Source: a bacterium (GTDB taxonomy: Bacteria; UBA8248). From it: a DNA stretch of 64,000 nucleotides. The position numbers were made by a program, and so were the translations under genes. The stretch is from the NCBI GenBank assembly GCA_965203325.1, contig OZ241875.1, positions 3,552,001-3,616,000 on the forward strand, written 5' to 3'. Below are positions 48,983-58,262 of the stretch, one piece after another. Each line of letters starts with the position of its first letter. Position 1 is the first letter of the stretch. The notes beneath the pieces were generated by a model, which did no database searches, had not been told where the DNA came from, and worked only from the letters and a program-made list of their open reading frames with translations.

Positions 48983-49846
48983 TTAGGACTGATAGGCAGT
49001 CGTCGACTCGATCCGAACCGAGACGTGCCAGGGAATCAAGAGACGTTCCAGTTTTGAGACTATGGAGAACAAAATGACGCCCATGGCGATCAGTACGAAA
49101 AGCGCCGCCCAGATCAGCGGTCCGTCAAGATCACCTGCGGATGTAAGGAGCAAAAAACCCACCCCCTTGTCGGACCCGACGAACTCCCCGACGATGGCCC
49201 CGACAACCGAAAAACATATGGCGATCTTGAAACCGCCGAACATCTGGGGCAGCGACGCCGGGCCTCTAACCTTGAGCATGATTTTGGGGGTTTTGGCCCC
49301 CATCGAGCGAACGAGATCGATCATGTCGTTCTCGACGCCTTTCAGCCCGACGATCGTCGACACGATGATCGGAAAGAACGAGATCAGGAACACGACCGCG
49401 ATCTTCGGCAATATCCCGAATCCAAGCCAAACGACCAGTATGGGCGCAATCGCAACCTTCGGTATCGTTTGGGACATCACGAGAAACGGCATCAGCATAC
49501 GTTCGATGCTGCGGCTGCAAACGACCCAAAATGCAAGTGGTACGCCTATCAGGACGCTGGCCGAGAAACCCAATAGCACGGATTGCAGCGTATAGAAGCA
49601 TTCGTCGGCTAATCTGCGCCACTCCTCGCCGAGCCGTACCACCACGTCCAGGGGCGCCGGCAACAGGTACTCCGGGATCTCGAATACCTTTACCGCAGCC
49701 GACCACAACACCAGGGCCACGGCAACAGCCATGACCGGCATCAAGATGTCCAAGGCTCTCTCTCGCCGGGCCGAATTGGCTTTGAAGACGTTCCACGAGG
49801 AAGGCATCGTTCTCCGTGCTCTGCCATCAGAGGAGTCGGCTGCCAT
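48983..49846 (-). CDS. ABC transporter permease (SsuC/TauC class)
   Basis: LLPAP, QTIPKVAIAP, FFPI, GAIVGEF. Confidence 0.9.
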   Translation of the reverse strand: MAADSSDGRARRTMPSSWNVFKANSARRERALDILMPVMAVAVALVLWSAAVKVFEIPEYLLPAPLDVVVRLGEEWRRLADECFYTLQSVLLGFSASVLIGVPLAFWVVCSRSIERMLMPFLVMSQTIPKVAIAPILVVWLGFGILPKIAVVFLISFFPIIVSTIVGLKGVENDMIDLVRSMGAKTPKIMLKVRGPASLPQMFGGFKIAICFSVVGAIVGEFVGSDKGVGFLLLTSAGDLDGPLIWAALFVLIAMGVILFSIVSKLERLLIPWHVSVRIESTTAYQS

Positions 49847-50049
49847 CGGTTCGTCTTTCTCCGGACCCAGGGAGGAAGTGTCGGGATAATCGGCTCGAAC
49901 GCTCAAGAGAAGAATTATCCGCAGCCTGGCCCGCTGATACTATTGAGAACGATTAGATGCCTGATCGTAGCGACAACCCGGCTATCGGTCAATCTCATGA
50001 ACCTCGTCGGTTTTGTCGCCGGACTTGTGATTACGACACGAATCCGGGA

Positions 50050-51390
50050 TCAAACGGCGAGGTTTTCTCGCAGAGTCTTGCCCTCGTACGATTTCCTGTA
50101 CCTCCCCCGTCTTTGCAATTCGGGAACCAGGTAATCCACGATGTTGAGCATAATCTCGCGCGGCCCGGCCTGGGACTGCTTGACCATGAAGCCGCCGCGA
50201 CTCCCGGTCGCTTCGAATATCTCTTCGAAACGATCGGCAATCTGCGCCGCCGTACCGGTGACCGCGGTGGCGTAACCCGTCGCCGACTCGAGTCCATGGC
50301 GGAAGAATTCCTCGCGATCGATCTCGGCGTGCTCGCCATACTTGTGCGCCAGTTGATTGACGAAACCCACCGGAGAGGCCTGTGCGGCGATGATACGCTC
50401 CTGAAGTTCCGCCAGGGAGAATCGCGGCGGAAGCTTGGACAAGTCGTAGCCGGTATTGTGCGACAGCCATACCCCGACGGCTTCTGTAGGCACATCGGAA
50501 ATCAGTGCTTCCCGCAGCGCATGCGCCTGTTTCTCGGTTTCACCGACGATGGCCCTGAGCGCCCAGATGATGCCGACCTCTTGCGGATCCCGCCCCTCTG
50601 CGAGGAGAGCGTCATCAAGATCTTGTCGTTGCTTCGTCATAAGCGGCAACGTTTTGGTTCTGCCGAAAACATGATCGGCAACATGAGCGGCGCCTTTGAC
50701 GCCTCGCGGAGAGCCTCCGGCCTGTATGATTACGGGACTTCCCTGAGGAGACGGAACGACGCTTAGTGGCCCCTTGACCTTGAAAAACTTCCCCTCGTGA
50801 TTGATCGGATGAACTTTGGCGGGGTCGGCGATCCGGCCCGAAGCCTTGTCCCAGAGGAAAGCATCCGCCTCGACGCTGTTCCACAACGCCCGACAGACGT
50901 CGATAAACTCTTCCAGCCGCTCGTAGCGCTCACCATGCTCCGGCAGACCGTCGTAGCCATAGTTCGCAAAATCGGAACGGCGCGCCGAAGTGATGACGTT
51001 AAAGGCCATTCGACCGTTGGTGATATGGTCCATGGAATTCAAAAGACGCGCCGTATAAAACGGGTGCATAAAGCTGGATGAGTACGTCAAGCCGAACCCG
51101 AGATGTTTGGTGACGCGGGACATCGCGACAATCCACGGACTCATGTCGAATCTCGGCCATGCGACGCCGTAGCTGACCGCATCGTCAATCGAGTCTTTCC
51201 ACATGTCGGGAATGCCTGTCGAGTCTCCCAGGAAGATGAGGTCAAGCCCGCCACGCTCCGCGACGCGCGCAATTTCCTCGAACATGCCGATATTTGGATG
51301 GTGGCGATCTACCCAAGTACCCGGATTCCTCCAATTGGTCTCTACCTCGGTCCACGAGATATCAAATGCCAATTGGATGCGCTTCTTCAT
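50050..51390 (-). CDS. NtaA/DmoA/SoxA-family FMNH2-dependent monooxygenase
   Basis: AERGGLD..FLGD, ARLLNSMDH.TNGR.AFNVITS, H.G.FF.V.GPL, P.IIQAG.S..G, LVPELQRRG.YR..Y.G.TLRENL. Confidence 0.9.
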   Translation of the reverse strand: MKKRIQLAFDISWTEVETNWRNPGTWVDRHHPNIGMFEEIARVAERGGLDLIFLGDSTGIPDMWKDSIDDAVSYGVAWPRFDMSPWIVAMSRVTKHLGFGLTYSSSFMHPFYTARLLNSMDHITNGRMAFNVITSARRSDFANYGYDGLPEHGERYERLEEFIDVCRALWNSVEADAFLWDKASGRIADPAKVHPINHEGKFFKVKGPLSVVPSPQGSPVIIQAGGSPRGVKGAAHVADHVFGRTKTLPLMTKQRQDLDDALLAEGRDPQEVGIIWALRAIVGETEKQAHALREALISDVPTEAVGVWLSHNTGYDLSKLPPRFSLAELQERIIAAQASPVGFVNQLAHKYGEHAEIDREEFFRHGLESATGYATAVTGTAAQIADRFEEIFEATGSRGGFMVKQSQAGPREIMLNIVDYLVPELQRRGRYRKSYEGKTLRENLAV

Positions 51391-51637
51391 TTCGTTTTCC
51401 CCGGTATTTAACTATTGTCCTCACTCTCGCCGGTAAGTCGACGATGTCCGAGATTTTCCGTTTGCCTTATTTGATTTGCCGCGAAGTTTACTACGGTTGG
51501 ATGCAATCTTCCAGAACGGGCTCGATTGAGGCGCGGCCGAGAGTTGGTGAACAGGAAAATGGACTCCCTCCATGCTGATTATGAGAACTCTTCGACCGTT
51601 GGACATTGCTTGATGTCTCTGAAATTCGATAAAATTG

Positions 51638-51673
51638 GATAAATTCACGGGGTTTTTCGATAAATTCACGGGG
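51638..51673. repeat. 15-bp direct repeat in the divergent intergenic region
   Basis: GATAAATTCACGGGG at 51638 and 51659 (21-bp period). Confidence 0.7.
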
Positions 51674-51903
51674 CAAAAACACCCATTAGCTATTGAAATT
51701 TTTAATGGATGCAGCCGTATTTCGCGCATCCGGACTGTCGCCCGAAGAACTCGATTTCGACATGGCGGGACGCTACGGTATTTTGCATTGGACGATAGGA
51801 GAATAGAATGGTAAATTCCGATTTGTCTTGATGGTAGAGTGTTTTGACCTCGCGGGGTTCGGAAGACGGGCGAGGCGTTGAATTTATGGGGAGAAAACGA
51901 CTC

Positions 51904-52185
51904 ATGCGAAAAATGGCTGGTATCGTCCTGGCGGTTGGAGTGGTCTTGGTGGTTGCGGGATGCACGACGCCTGAGCACAACGTCTGGTTCAAGCGCGGCG
52001 TGGGCGTGAAGATGGACCAGGCTGTGAAGGACCTGAAAAGTTGCGCGATGAAGGAAGAGTTCATATTCGATGCGAAGGCCAAAGGCGGTCCCGAAGCGAC
52101 CAGTTCCGCGACGTCTTATGCGCAGAGCAATTTCGATTCGTGCATGATGGCCAAGGGCTTCAAGAAGAAGAAAATGATGAAATAA
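51904..52185 (+). CDS. Small lipoprotein
   Basis: Lipobox VAGC; Cys pair in DLKSC...FDSCMMAKGF. Confidence 0.75.
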   Translation: MRKMAGIVLAVGVVLVVAGCTTPEHNVWFKRGVGVKMDQAVKDLKSCAMKEEFIFDAKAKGGPEATSSATSYAQSNFDSCMMAKGFKKKKMMK

Positions 52186-52364
52186 GTTCCGAGGGCGTAT
52201 GCGGCGAGCCTGCCGGAGGATGGAAGCGAACTCCCGACGCGCCTTCTTGATGGATTGTTTCGCAAGCCTCGAAGAGCCGGAGAATTCGTTCTCCGGTTCT
52301 TTTGTTCTAGGGCGTGAGCGCATCACAACGAATATCAATGAAATCCGAAGAGCAGGAGATGAGA

Positions 52365-52925
52365 ATGAACCAGGGCGAGGGGCCGTCCCGCCGCGAAGTC
52401 GAGCAGGCGGCCGAACTGAAAACTTTCGAGGACCACCGCGCCGAGGGGCCAGACGCCGTCACGTGCGGCGTCCTCACGGTGAGCGACACGCGCACGGAAG
52501 AAAGCGACACGAGCGGAAAGTTGATCATGAACATGCTGGGCGACATGGGCCACAAGGTCGCCTTCTACCGCATCGTGAAGGATGAGCCGGAGCAGATTCG
52601 CGAAGCCCTGCTCGAGGCGTGCGCCGACCCCGGCATCCAGGTGGTGATATCGAACGGGGGGACGGGCATCACCAAGCGGGATACGACGTACGACGTCGTC
52701 GTCTCGCTCCTGGAGAAGGAAATGCCCGGCTTCGGCGAGTTGTTCCGGCACGTGAGTTTCGAGGAAATCGGCACGGCCGCCATGCTCACCCGCGCCACGG
52801 CGGGGACTTGCCGGGACACCATCATCATGACGCTGCCCGGCTCGGGGAACGCCTGCCGCACGGGCATGGAAAAAATCATCCTCCCCGAGATCAGCCACAT
52901 GGTGCGGGAGGTCCTGAAGCCCTAA
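52365..52925 (+). CDS. moaB: Molybdenum cofactor biosynthesis protein B (MoaB/MogA family)
   Basis: VLTVSDTR..D.SG, NGGTG...RD.T, PGFGELFR..S, LPGS; AGGAG RBS. Confidence 0.88.
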   Translation: MNQGEGPSRREVEQAAELKTFEDHRAEGPDAVTCGVLTVSDTRTEESDTSGKLIMNMLGDMGHKVAFYRIVKDEPEQIREALLEACADPGIQVVISNGGTGITKRDTTYDVVVSLLEKEMPGFGELFRHVSFEEIGTAAMLTRATAGTCRDTIIMTLPGSGNACRTGMEKIILPEISHMVREVLKP

Positions 52926-52993
52926 GGCATTCCGTAATGGATACGGGAAGCCGACTCCGGCTGGATGAGAAAGTCCTCGATCAGCCCCGAAAT

Positions 52994-53299
52994 GCGGTTG
53001 TTGAGAAAGCTCCTCGCGAATAGCGCTGGTTCTGTAGGGGCGGACCCGTGTGTCCGCCCGCGCCGGGAGGGTTTGTCCTTACCATGAACCCTCCCTCCCC
53101 GGTCGGCTTCACCCCCCCCCTTGACAGGGGGGTATGAAAAGGCGATGCCCGCTGCTGGTAGAGGGGCTTTTGTTTTTCTTGCCCCCCTGTCAAGGGGGTA
53201 GGGGGGTGGTTTTCAAGGCGAGAACCTACGCCGCCGCCCGGTTTCGGCTTTCGCCGGAATGACAGCAATCCCGGCATTGCAGGCCTTTCCAACAGCCCC
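52994..53299. mobile_element. MITE-like REP cassette with IS1182-type ends
   Basis: Ends GCGGTTGTTGAGAAAG and (reverse complement) GGGGCTGTTGGAAAGG; flanks GAAAT/GGAAT; contains a GTAG REP, two CCCCC-TTGAC-AGGGGGG hairpins and a partial GTCATTCC-type REP. Confidence 0.65.
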
Positions 53300-53377
53300 G
53301 GAATGCGGGGATGCACCGGACGAAATGAAGCTCAGGCCCCGCCTGGTCCACCCGGCGGCGTATTCACGTCGGTCAAG

Positions 53378-53406
53378 TTGACACGAGATATCCAAAAGAC
53401 TAGTTT
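53378..53406 (+). promoter_or_regulatory. Sigma70 promoter for the coaD operon
   Basis: TTGACA-17 bp-TAGTTT about 60 bp upstream of coaD. Confidence 0.6.
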
Positions 53407-53464
53407 TAACGCGCATTTTGCACGGGGCAGAGGCCCCCTTTCGCTTGATAAGAGGCTCGTTTCC

Positions 53465-53950
53465 ATGGAAAGTCACGCGGTATATCCGGGAACCTTCGAT
53501 CCGCCGACGAAAGGGCATTTCGACGTTGTTCGCAGGAGCCAGAGGCTTTTCTCGAAGGTGACCGTGGCCATCTCCGTTCACCCCTCGAAAACGCCGCTGT
53601 TCAGTTTCGAGGAACGCAGGAATTTCTTCCTGGAAGAATTCGAGGCGTCGAACCAGATCGAGGTCGCGAGCTTCGAGCGTGAACTGCTCGTGGATTTCGC
53701 CATGAAAGTGAATGCCCAGGCCATCATTCGCGGCCTGCGCGCCGTGAGCGATTTTGATTACGAGATGCAGATGACGCTCATGAACAGAAGGCTGAACGAG
53801 GAGATCGAAACGATTTTCCTCATGCCCAGCGAACAGTACAGTTTCCTCAGTTCCAGCCTCGTCAAGGAAGTCGCTTCACTCGGCGGAGACGTGGGTGAAC
53901 ACGTGTCCGCTTCTGTACGGGAAGCGCTCGGCGAGCGGTTCCACAGCTAA
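53465..53950 (+). CDS. coaD: Phosphopantetheine adenylyltransferase
   Basis: YPGTFDP.T.GH, RGLRAVSDFDYE.QM..MNR.L, SSSLVKEVA..GG. Confidence 0.96.
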   Translation: MESHAVYPGTFDPPTKGHFDVVRRSQRLFSKVTVAISVHPSKTPLFSFEERRNFFLEEFEASNQIEVASFERELLVDFAMKVNAQAIIRGLRAVSDFDYEMQMTLMNRRLNEEIETIFLMPSEQYSFLSSSLVKEVASLGGDVGEHVSASVREALGERFHS

Positions 53951-53977
53951 ATTCATTTTCTAACCCTGGAGTTATTC

Positions 53978-55174
53978 ATGCGTTTTGCATCCCGAATGAG
54001 CAAGTTGCCTCCCATCCCCACGCTGGCGATGAACACCAAGGCGGCGGAAATGAAGGCACAAGGCGTCGACGTCATCTCGTTCGCGGCGGGAGAGCCTGAT
54101 TTCGACACCCCCGAGCACATCAAGGAAGGGGCCATCCGGGGTCTGCGTGACGGCGCCACGAAATACACGGCGGTTCGGGGCATACCCTCCCTCCGAGAGG
54201 CGATTTGCGATTGGGCCGAGGAGCACAAGGGCCTCCGGTATGACCCGAAAACGGAAGCCATCGTCACCGTGGGCGGGAAGCAATCGGTCTTCAACGCCCT
54301 GCACGTCCTCGTCGAGGAGGGCGATGAGGTCGTCATCCCAGCGCCCATCTGGGTGGCGTACGAGCCCGTCGCCACCCTGACCGGGGCGAAACCGGTTCTG
54401 GTGGAGACCAGTGAGGAAAACGGCCACAAGATGACGGCCGCGCAGTTGCGCGAAGCCGTCTCCGAGCGGACGAAAATCGTGGTGATCAACAGCCCGTGCA
54501 ACCCTTCGGGGTGTGTCTACAGCCGCGAGGAGTTGGAGGCGATCGCCGAGGTGGTTTTATCGACCGGCGCGATGGTCATGTCCGATGAGATTTACGGGAA
54601 AATCACCTATGACGGCGAGGCGCATTACTCGATCGCCGGTTTTTCCGACGAGATGAAGGCGCGTACCCTGGTTCTGGACGGGTTCTCGAAAACCTACGCG
54701 ATGACGGGCTGGCGGCTGGGCTATACGCTCGGGAGCCCTGAAATCATCGAGGCCATGGACACGCTGCAGGGCCAGAGCACGAGCAACGCCACCTCCTTCG
54801 CCCAATACGGCGGGGTCGCGGCCTTGAGGGGCTCGCATGAGTTCCTGAACGAATGGCTCGCGCAATACGACGCGAGGAGAAAGGCGATCGTCGAGGGACT
54901 GAACTCAATCGACGGGCTCAGCGTCGTGAACCCCAAGGGCGCGTTTTACGCCTTCCCCCGGGTGAGCGGTGTATTCGGTCGCCGTGGGCCGGACGGAGTA
55001 TTGAAAAATTCAATGGATGTGGGGCTATACCTCCTCGAACACGCCCACTGCGCCGGCGTGCCCGGCGCCGGTTTCGGCAATGACAATTACGTGCGCTTCT
55101 CCTACGCGACTTCCCTGGAGAACGTCAAAGAAGGAATCGAGCGGATCAGAGCAGCCTTGGGACAGCTTGGTTGA
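53978..55174 (+). CDS. Class I/II PLP aminotransferase (aspartate aminotransferase-like)
   Basis: GEPDFDTP, NSP.NPSG, SDEIY, GFSKTYAMTGWRLG, RFSYA. Confidence 0.92.
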   Translation: MRFASRMSKLPPIPTLAMNTKAAEMKAQGVDVISFAAGEPDFDTPEHIKEGAIRGLRDGATKYTAVRGIPSLREAICDWAEEHKGLRYDPKTEAIVTVGGKQSVFNALHVLVEEGDEVVIPAPIWVAYEPVATLTGAKPVLVETSEENGHKMTAAQLREAVSERTKIVVINSPCNPSGCVYSREELEAIAEVVLSTGAMVMSDEIYGKITYDGEAHYSIAGFSDEMKARTLVLDGFSKTYAMTGWRLGYTLGSPEIIEAMDTLQGQSTSNATSFAQYGGVAALRGSHEFLNEWLAQYDARRKAIVEGLNSIDGLSVVNPKGAFYAFPRVSGVFGRRGPDGVLKNSMDVGLYLLEHAHCAGVPGAGFGNDNYVRFSYATSLENVKEGIERIRAALGQLG

Positions 55175-55395
55175 TGCATGGCCTGGGACGCGCTCTTCAG
55201 ATTCTCGCCATGGTGGATTGCGGGGTCGCCCTGCTCATCGGCGCTTTGAATCCCTCCGCCTACGCCATCCAGCTCGTCGTTTTGGGTTCCGCGGTCATTT
55301 TGTTTTCCGTCGGGCGCTTGCTCCAGAAGAAGGCGCGTGCGACGGCGACCCCGATCGGTGAGCAGGATCGATCATCCATGTCCGAGAGCGAATGA
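55174..55395 (+). CDS. Small two-TM membrane protein
   Basis: TGATG coupling; two hydrophobic helices. Confidence 0.6.
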   Translation: MHGLGRALQILAMVDCGVALLIGALNPSAYAIQLVVLGSAVILFSVGRLLQKKARATATPIGEQDRSSMSESE

Positions 55396-56789
55396 GGGTG
55401 TCCCCATCCGCGCCGCGAAGCTTGTTTACCGACTGGTGGGAGTCGTGTTGTGAGCGTTACCTCCGGGAGAATTTCGGGGATGTAGGCGAGCAAATCAGGC
55501 AAAATTTCACCCAAACGCTTTTTTCTCCCCAGGTGGAACCCATCCTGCCCGAGCAGGTTCTACCGATTTCTTTCATCCATCTGAAGTTGTTGGCCGGTGA
55601 GGAGTTGGGGTTTGTTCTCCAGCGCATGGAGAAGCTGACGGCGCTGTATGGCGCTCAGGGCGTGAAGCCGGCTGTCGGCACCCTGTACCTGGCGTTGACG
55701 GCCCTGACGTCGAGGCGCGGAAAATTGTCCTCCATGGCGAAGGCGCAATCGGCGTTTTTCAGTTTGTTGCTCCGGCGTTTGGCGAACATGTTCGACGAAG
55801 GGGTGGGTGAAGGCGCCATACGAGAAGAACTTTCCGGTGTCTGGGAGATTCGTACGGAGCCGGCCGCAAGCGCAACCCTGGAAAATGCCCGCGGCCTCTG
55901 GAGGCGCACGAGCGATCGGGATGCCGGTTTGCGTCCTTTGCCGGTGAATCTGGATTCGTGGCTTCATGACAACGGATTAGCCGAAAATGTCGCCGAAGCC
56001 CGGAAAATGTATGGCGATATGGCGGAAAATCATCATTTGTCCGAGTTGGCGGATCGTTTGGCGGCGTTAGAGGTATTGAGAAATTCAATAGATTCCGGAG
56101 ATGCCCTGGAACGAAGAGCCGCATGGGAGGATATGCAGGCTGTATTGATCAGAAGCTTCAATGACGCCATGACAGGCATGACGCCTTGGGAGTCGAAAAC
56201 CCTGCGCCCTGCGCCACCTCTGTTGATTTCTCTGCTTGCATGGGCGAACAAACTCCAGTTGCTGGATGAAGGTGAAACGCCCACGGCTTACCCCGGACGG
56301 GAGAGGCTGCCTGATTGGCTGAAAGAAATCTTGAATAAGAAACATTACAAGGACGGCGTTCTCTCGTCATCGAGACTCGCCGTGGGTGGCGAAACTTATA
56401 TTTTGGTTGGCGTAGATGCGTCTGCTTCTTCCGAGTTGCTCTCGGTGGTTTTCGATGCGCCGGATCGGACGGATTCGGCCGCGCTGGAACTGAGCATTCG
56501 ATTTGGAGATGGTACGAAAAAATCTTTTCCATTCGATTTGGAGAATGGACGAGATCTTTTGGCCGCGATATGTCTGGCGAGGCAGGACGACTTTCGACTC
56601 GACGTCATCGTCCGTGGCTCGGACAAGGATTGGCGTTTTGGGACGTCTTTGTACTTGATGATGGCGCAAGAGCATCATGAGATTTGGGTGCGGTGCCTCC
56701 TCTCTTTTTTGGAGGAGAAATTTGGAAGTGACGAGGACAGAATTCGCCTCGAAATACTGAGGGGCGTAAAACGGAAAAACGATAATTGA
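55392..56789 (+). CDS. Hypothetical protein (465 aa)
   Basis: Long ORF with ATGA coupling; no recognised motif. Confidence 0.65.
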   Translation: MRVSPSAPRSLFTDWWESCCERYLRENFGDVGEQIRQNFTQTLFSPQVEPILPEQVLPISFIHLKLLAGEELGFVLQRMEKLTALYGAQGVKPAVGTLYLALTALTSRRGKLSSMAKAQSAFFSLLLRRLANMFDEGVGEGAIREELSGVWEIRTEPAASATLENARGLWRRTSDRDAGLRPLPVNLDSWLHDNGLAENVAEARKMYGDMAENHHLSELADRLAALEVLRNSIDSGDALERRAAWEDMQAVLIRSFNDAMTGMTPWESKTLRPAPPLLISLLAWANKLQLLDEGETPTAYPGRERLPDWLKEILNKKHYKDGVLSSSRLAVGGETYILVGVDASASSELLSVVFDAPDRTDSAALELSIRFGDGTKKSFPFDLENGRDLLAAICLARQDDFRLDVIVRGSDKDWRFGTSLYLMMAQEHHEIWVRCLLSFLEEKFGSDEDRIRLEILRGVKRKNDN

Positions 56790-56842
56790 CGGCCAAGCTC
56801 TAGTACGCGGGCTTATCCATATACCCGAAGAAGAACGAACGC

Positions 56843-58120
56843 TTATGCCCGCACCCTCCAGACGAGTAATACCGCGATGAGCCGACTGGCCGCCATGGCC
56901 GTGAACACCCAGAACCACCCGTTTGAAATCGCCAGAGACAACCATCCGAAGAATATGGCTTGGAGCGCGCCATAAATATACCCGTGGGCATCCAGCACGC
57001 CCGCCGCTGTTCCCGCCAGCCGCCTGCCGGCCAGGTCTACCCCCAGCGCCTGCACGGTGGACATGTTGACGCAAAATCCACCGACAATGAGCAAAATAAC
57101 GGCGAGAGGAATGTTATCGGCGGGCGCATAGGCGATCCCCATCATCGCGGCGGCGCTCAGAAACGCGGCGAGTATGATGACGATGGAGCGGTTACTCTTG
57201 AAGAATCGATCGGAAATGATTCCGCCGAAGATAGGCCCGAACAAATACCCCAAAGGATATGCGAAGGTAAGCAAACCCATCTCTTTCAGGTTGAATCCAC
57301 CCACCTGAGCGTAATACAAAGGCGCCCATGAGACGACGCCGTAGCGAACCACGTTATCCAGTCCTTTTACGTGGCACGCCAAAAAGAAACGCAGATTGGT
57401 CATCAAGTGAAAATACGCTTTTAGGCCATGTTCACTCTCGCTGCCTGCCGCTTCTGCTTCGCGGGACACGTCATCTGACTCTATATACTCAGGGAGGTTG
57501 AGTTCGGCGGGTTTGTCTTTGGCGATAAAGTAAAAAATGATTCCCAAAACGGCAATGATCAAAGGGGGGTAGCGAATCGCGATCCGCCAGCCGTATTGCG
57601 CCGCCGTCCAAGGTACGACCGCCCAAACGATGAGGAGCGCTATACCGGCGGCCGTTCCCACGAGCCCAATCGCCTGGCCCCGCTCGCGTCTCGGCCACCA
57701 TTGCGCCACCAAGCCGAGTCCTGGCCCCCATGTGGCTGCGTTCACAAAACCGACCACCGCCCAGGGTATGGCGAGCGTGGAAATGGAATTTCCAAAACTC
57801 GCGATGAAGTTGAACAACGATGTGGTTATGGCGGCGAAGAGTATGGTGTTTCTGTAGCCTACTTTTTCCGCAATCCTGCCGAAGACCAAGTCGCCGAAAG
57901 CGAATCCCCAAAACATCCATGAATTGATCCACCCGGTATCGACTCGCGTGATACCCAGATCCTGGATGACCGCGTATTGCACCAGACTGAAGTTGAATCT
58001 GCCCAGATAGTTGAAGGCATAGAAAACGCAAAAGGCGATAAGAATGCGCCATTTCCACTGGTGAAACTCGGGAGGCAGGTCATGATATTCGACCTGGGTG
58101 GCGCTTCTTCGTTCGTTCAT
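56843..58120 (-). CDS. MFS transporter, organophosphate:Pi antiporter (GlpT/UhpC-like) family
   Basis: Y..NY.GR.NFS, W.P...LVAQWWPRRERG, G.ISDR.F, AGTAAG..D..GY; about 12 TM helices. Confidence 0.85.
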   Translation of the reverse strand: MNERRSATQVEYHDLPPEFHQWKWRILIAFCVFYAFNYLGRFNFSLVQYAVIQDLGITRVDTGWINSWMFWGFAFGDLVFGRIAEKVGYRNTILFAAITTSLFNFIASFGNSISTLAIPWAVVGFVNAATWGPGLGLVAQWWPRRERGQAIGLVGTAAGIALLIVWAVVPWTAAQYGWRIAIRYPPLIIAVLGIIFYFIAKDKPAELNLPEYIESDDVSREAEAAGSESEHGLKAYFHLMTNLRFFLACHVKGLDNVVRYGVVSWAPLYYAQVGGFNLKEMGLLTFAYPLGYLFGPIFGGIISDRFFKSNRSIVIILAAFLSAAAMMGIAYAPADNIPLAVILLIVGGFCVNMSTVQALGVDLAGRRLAGTAAGVLDAHGYIYGALQAIFFGWLSLAISNGWFWVFTAMAASRLIAVLLVWRVRA

Positions 58121-58262
58121 GTTAGGAGGGTTGCTTCTGTGGAGCCGAAACGCCGTCTGATTAGCCAGTTCATTTTCACCATCTGTAGGTGTCTCGGAGT
58201 TTCCAAGAGGATTTGCTCAACTCTTATGACCGAATGCGGCAAATGGTCATTTCTGTATTTGC

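Noticed and set aside
51638..51673. Possible CRISPR or iteron array
   Set aside because: Only two 15-bp units; no cas or rep gene nearby
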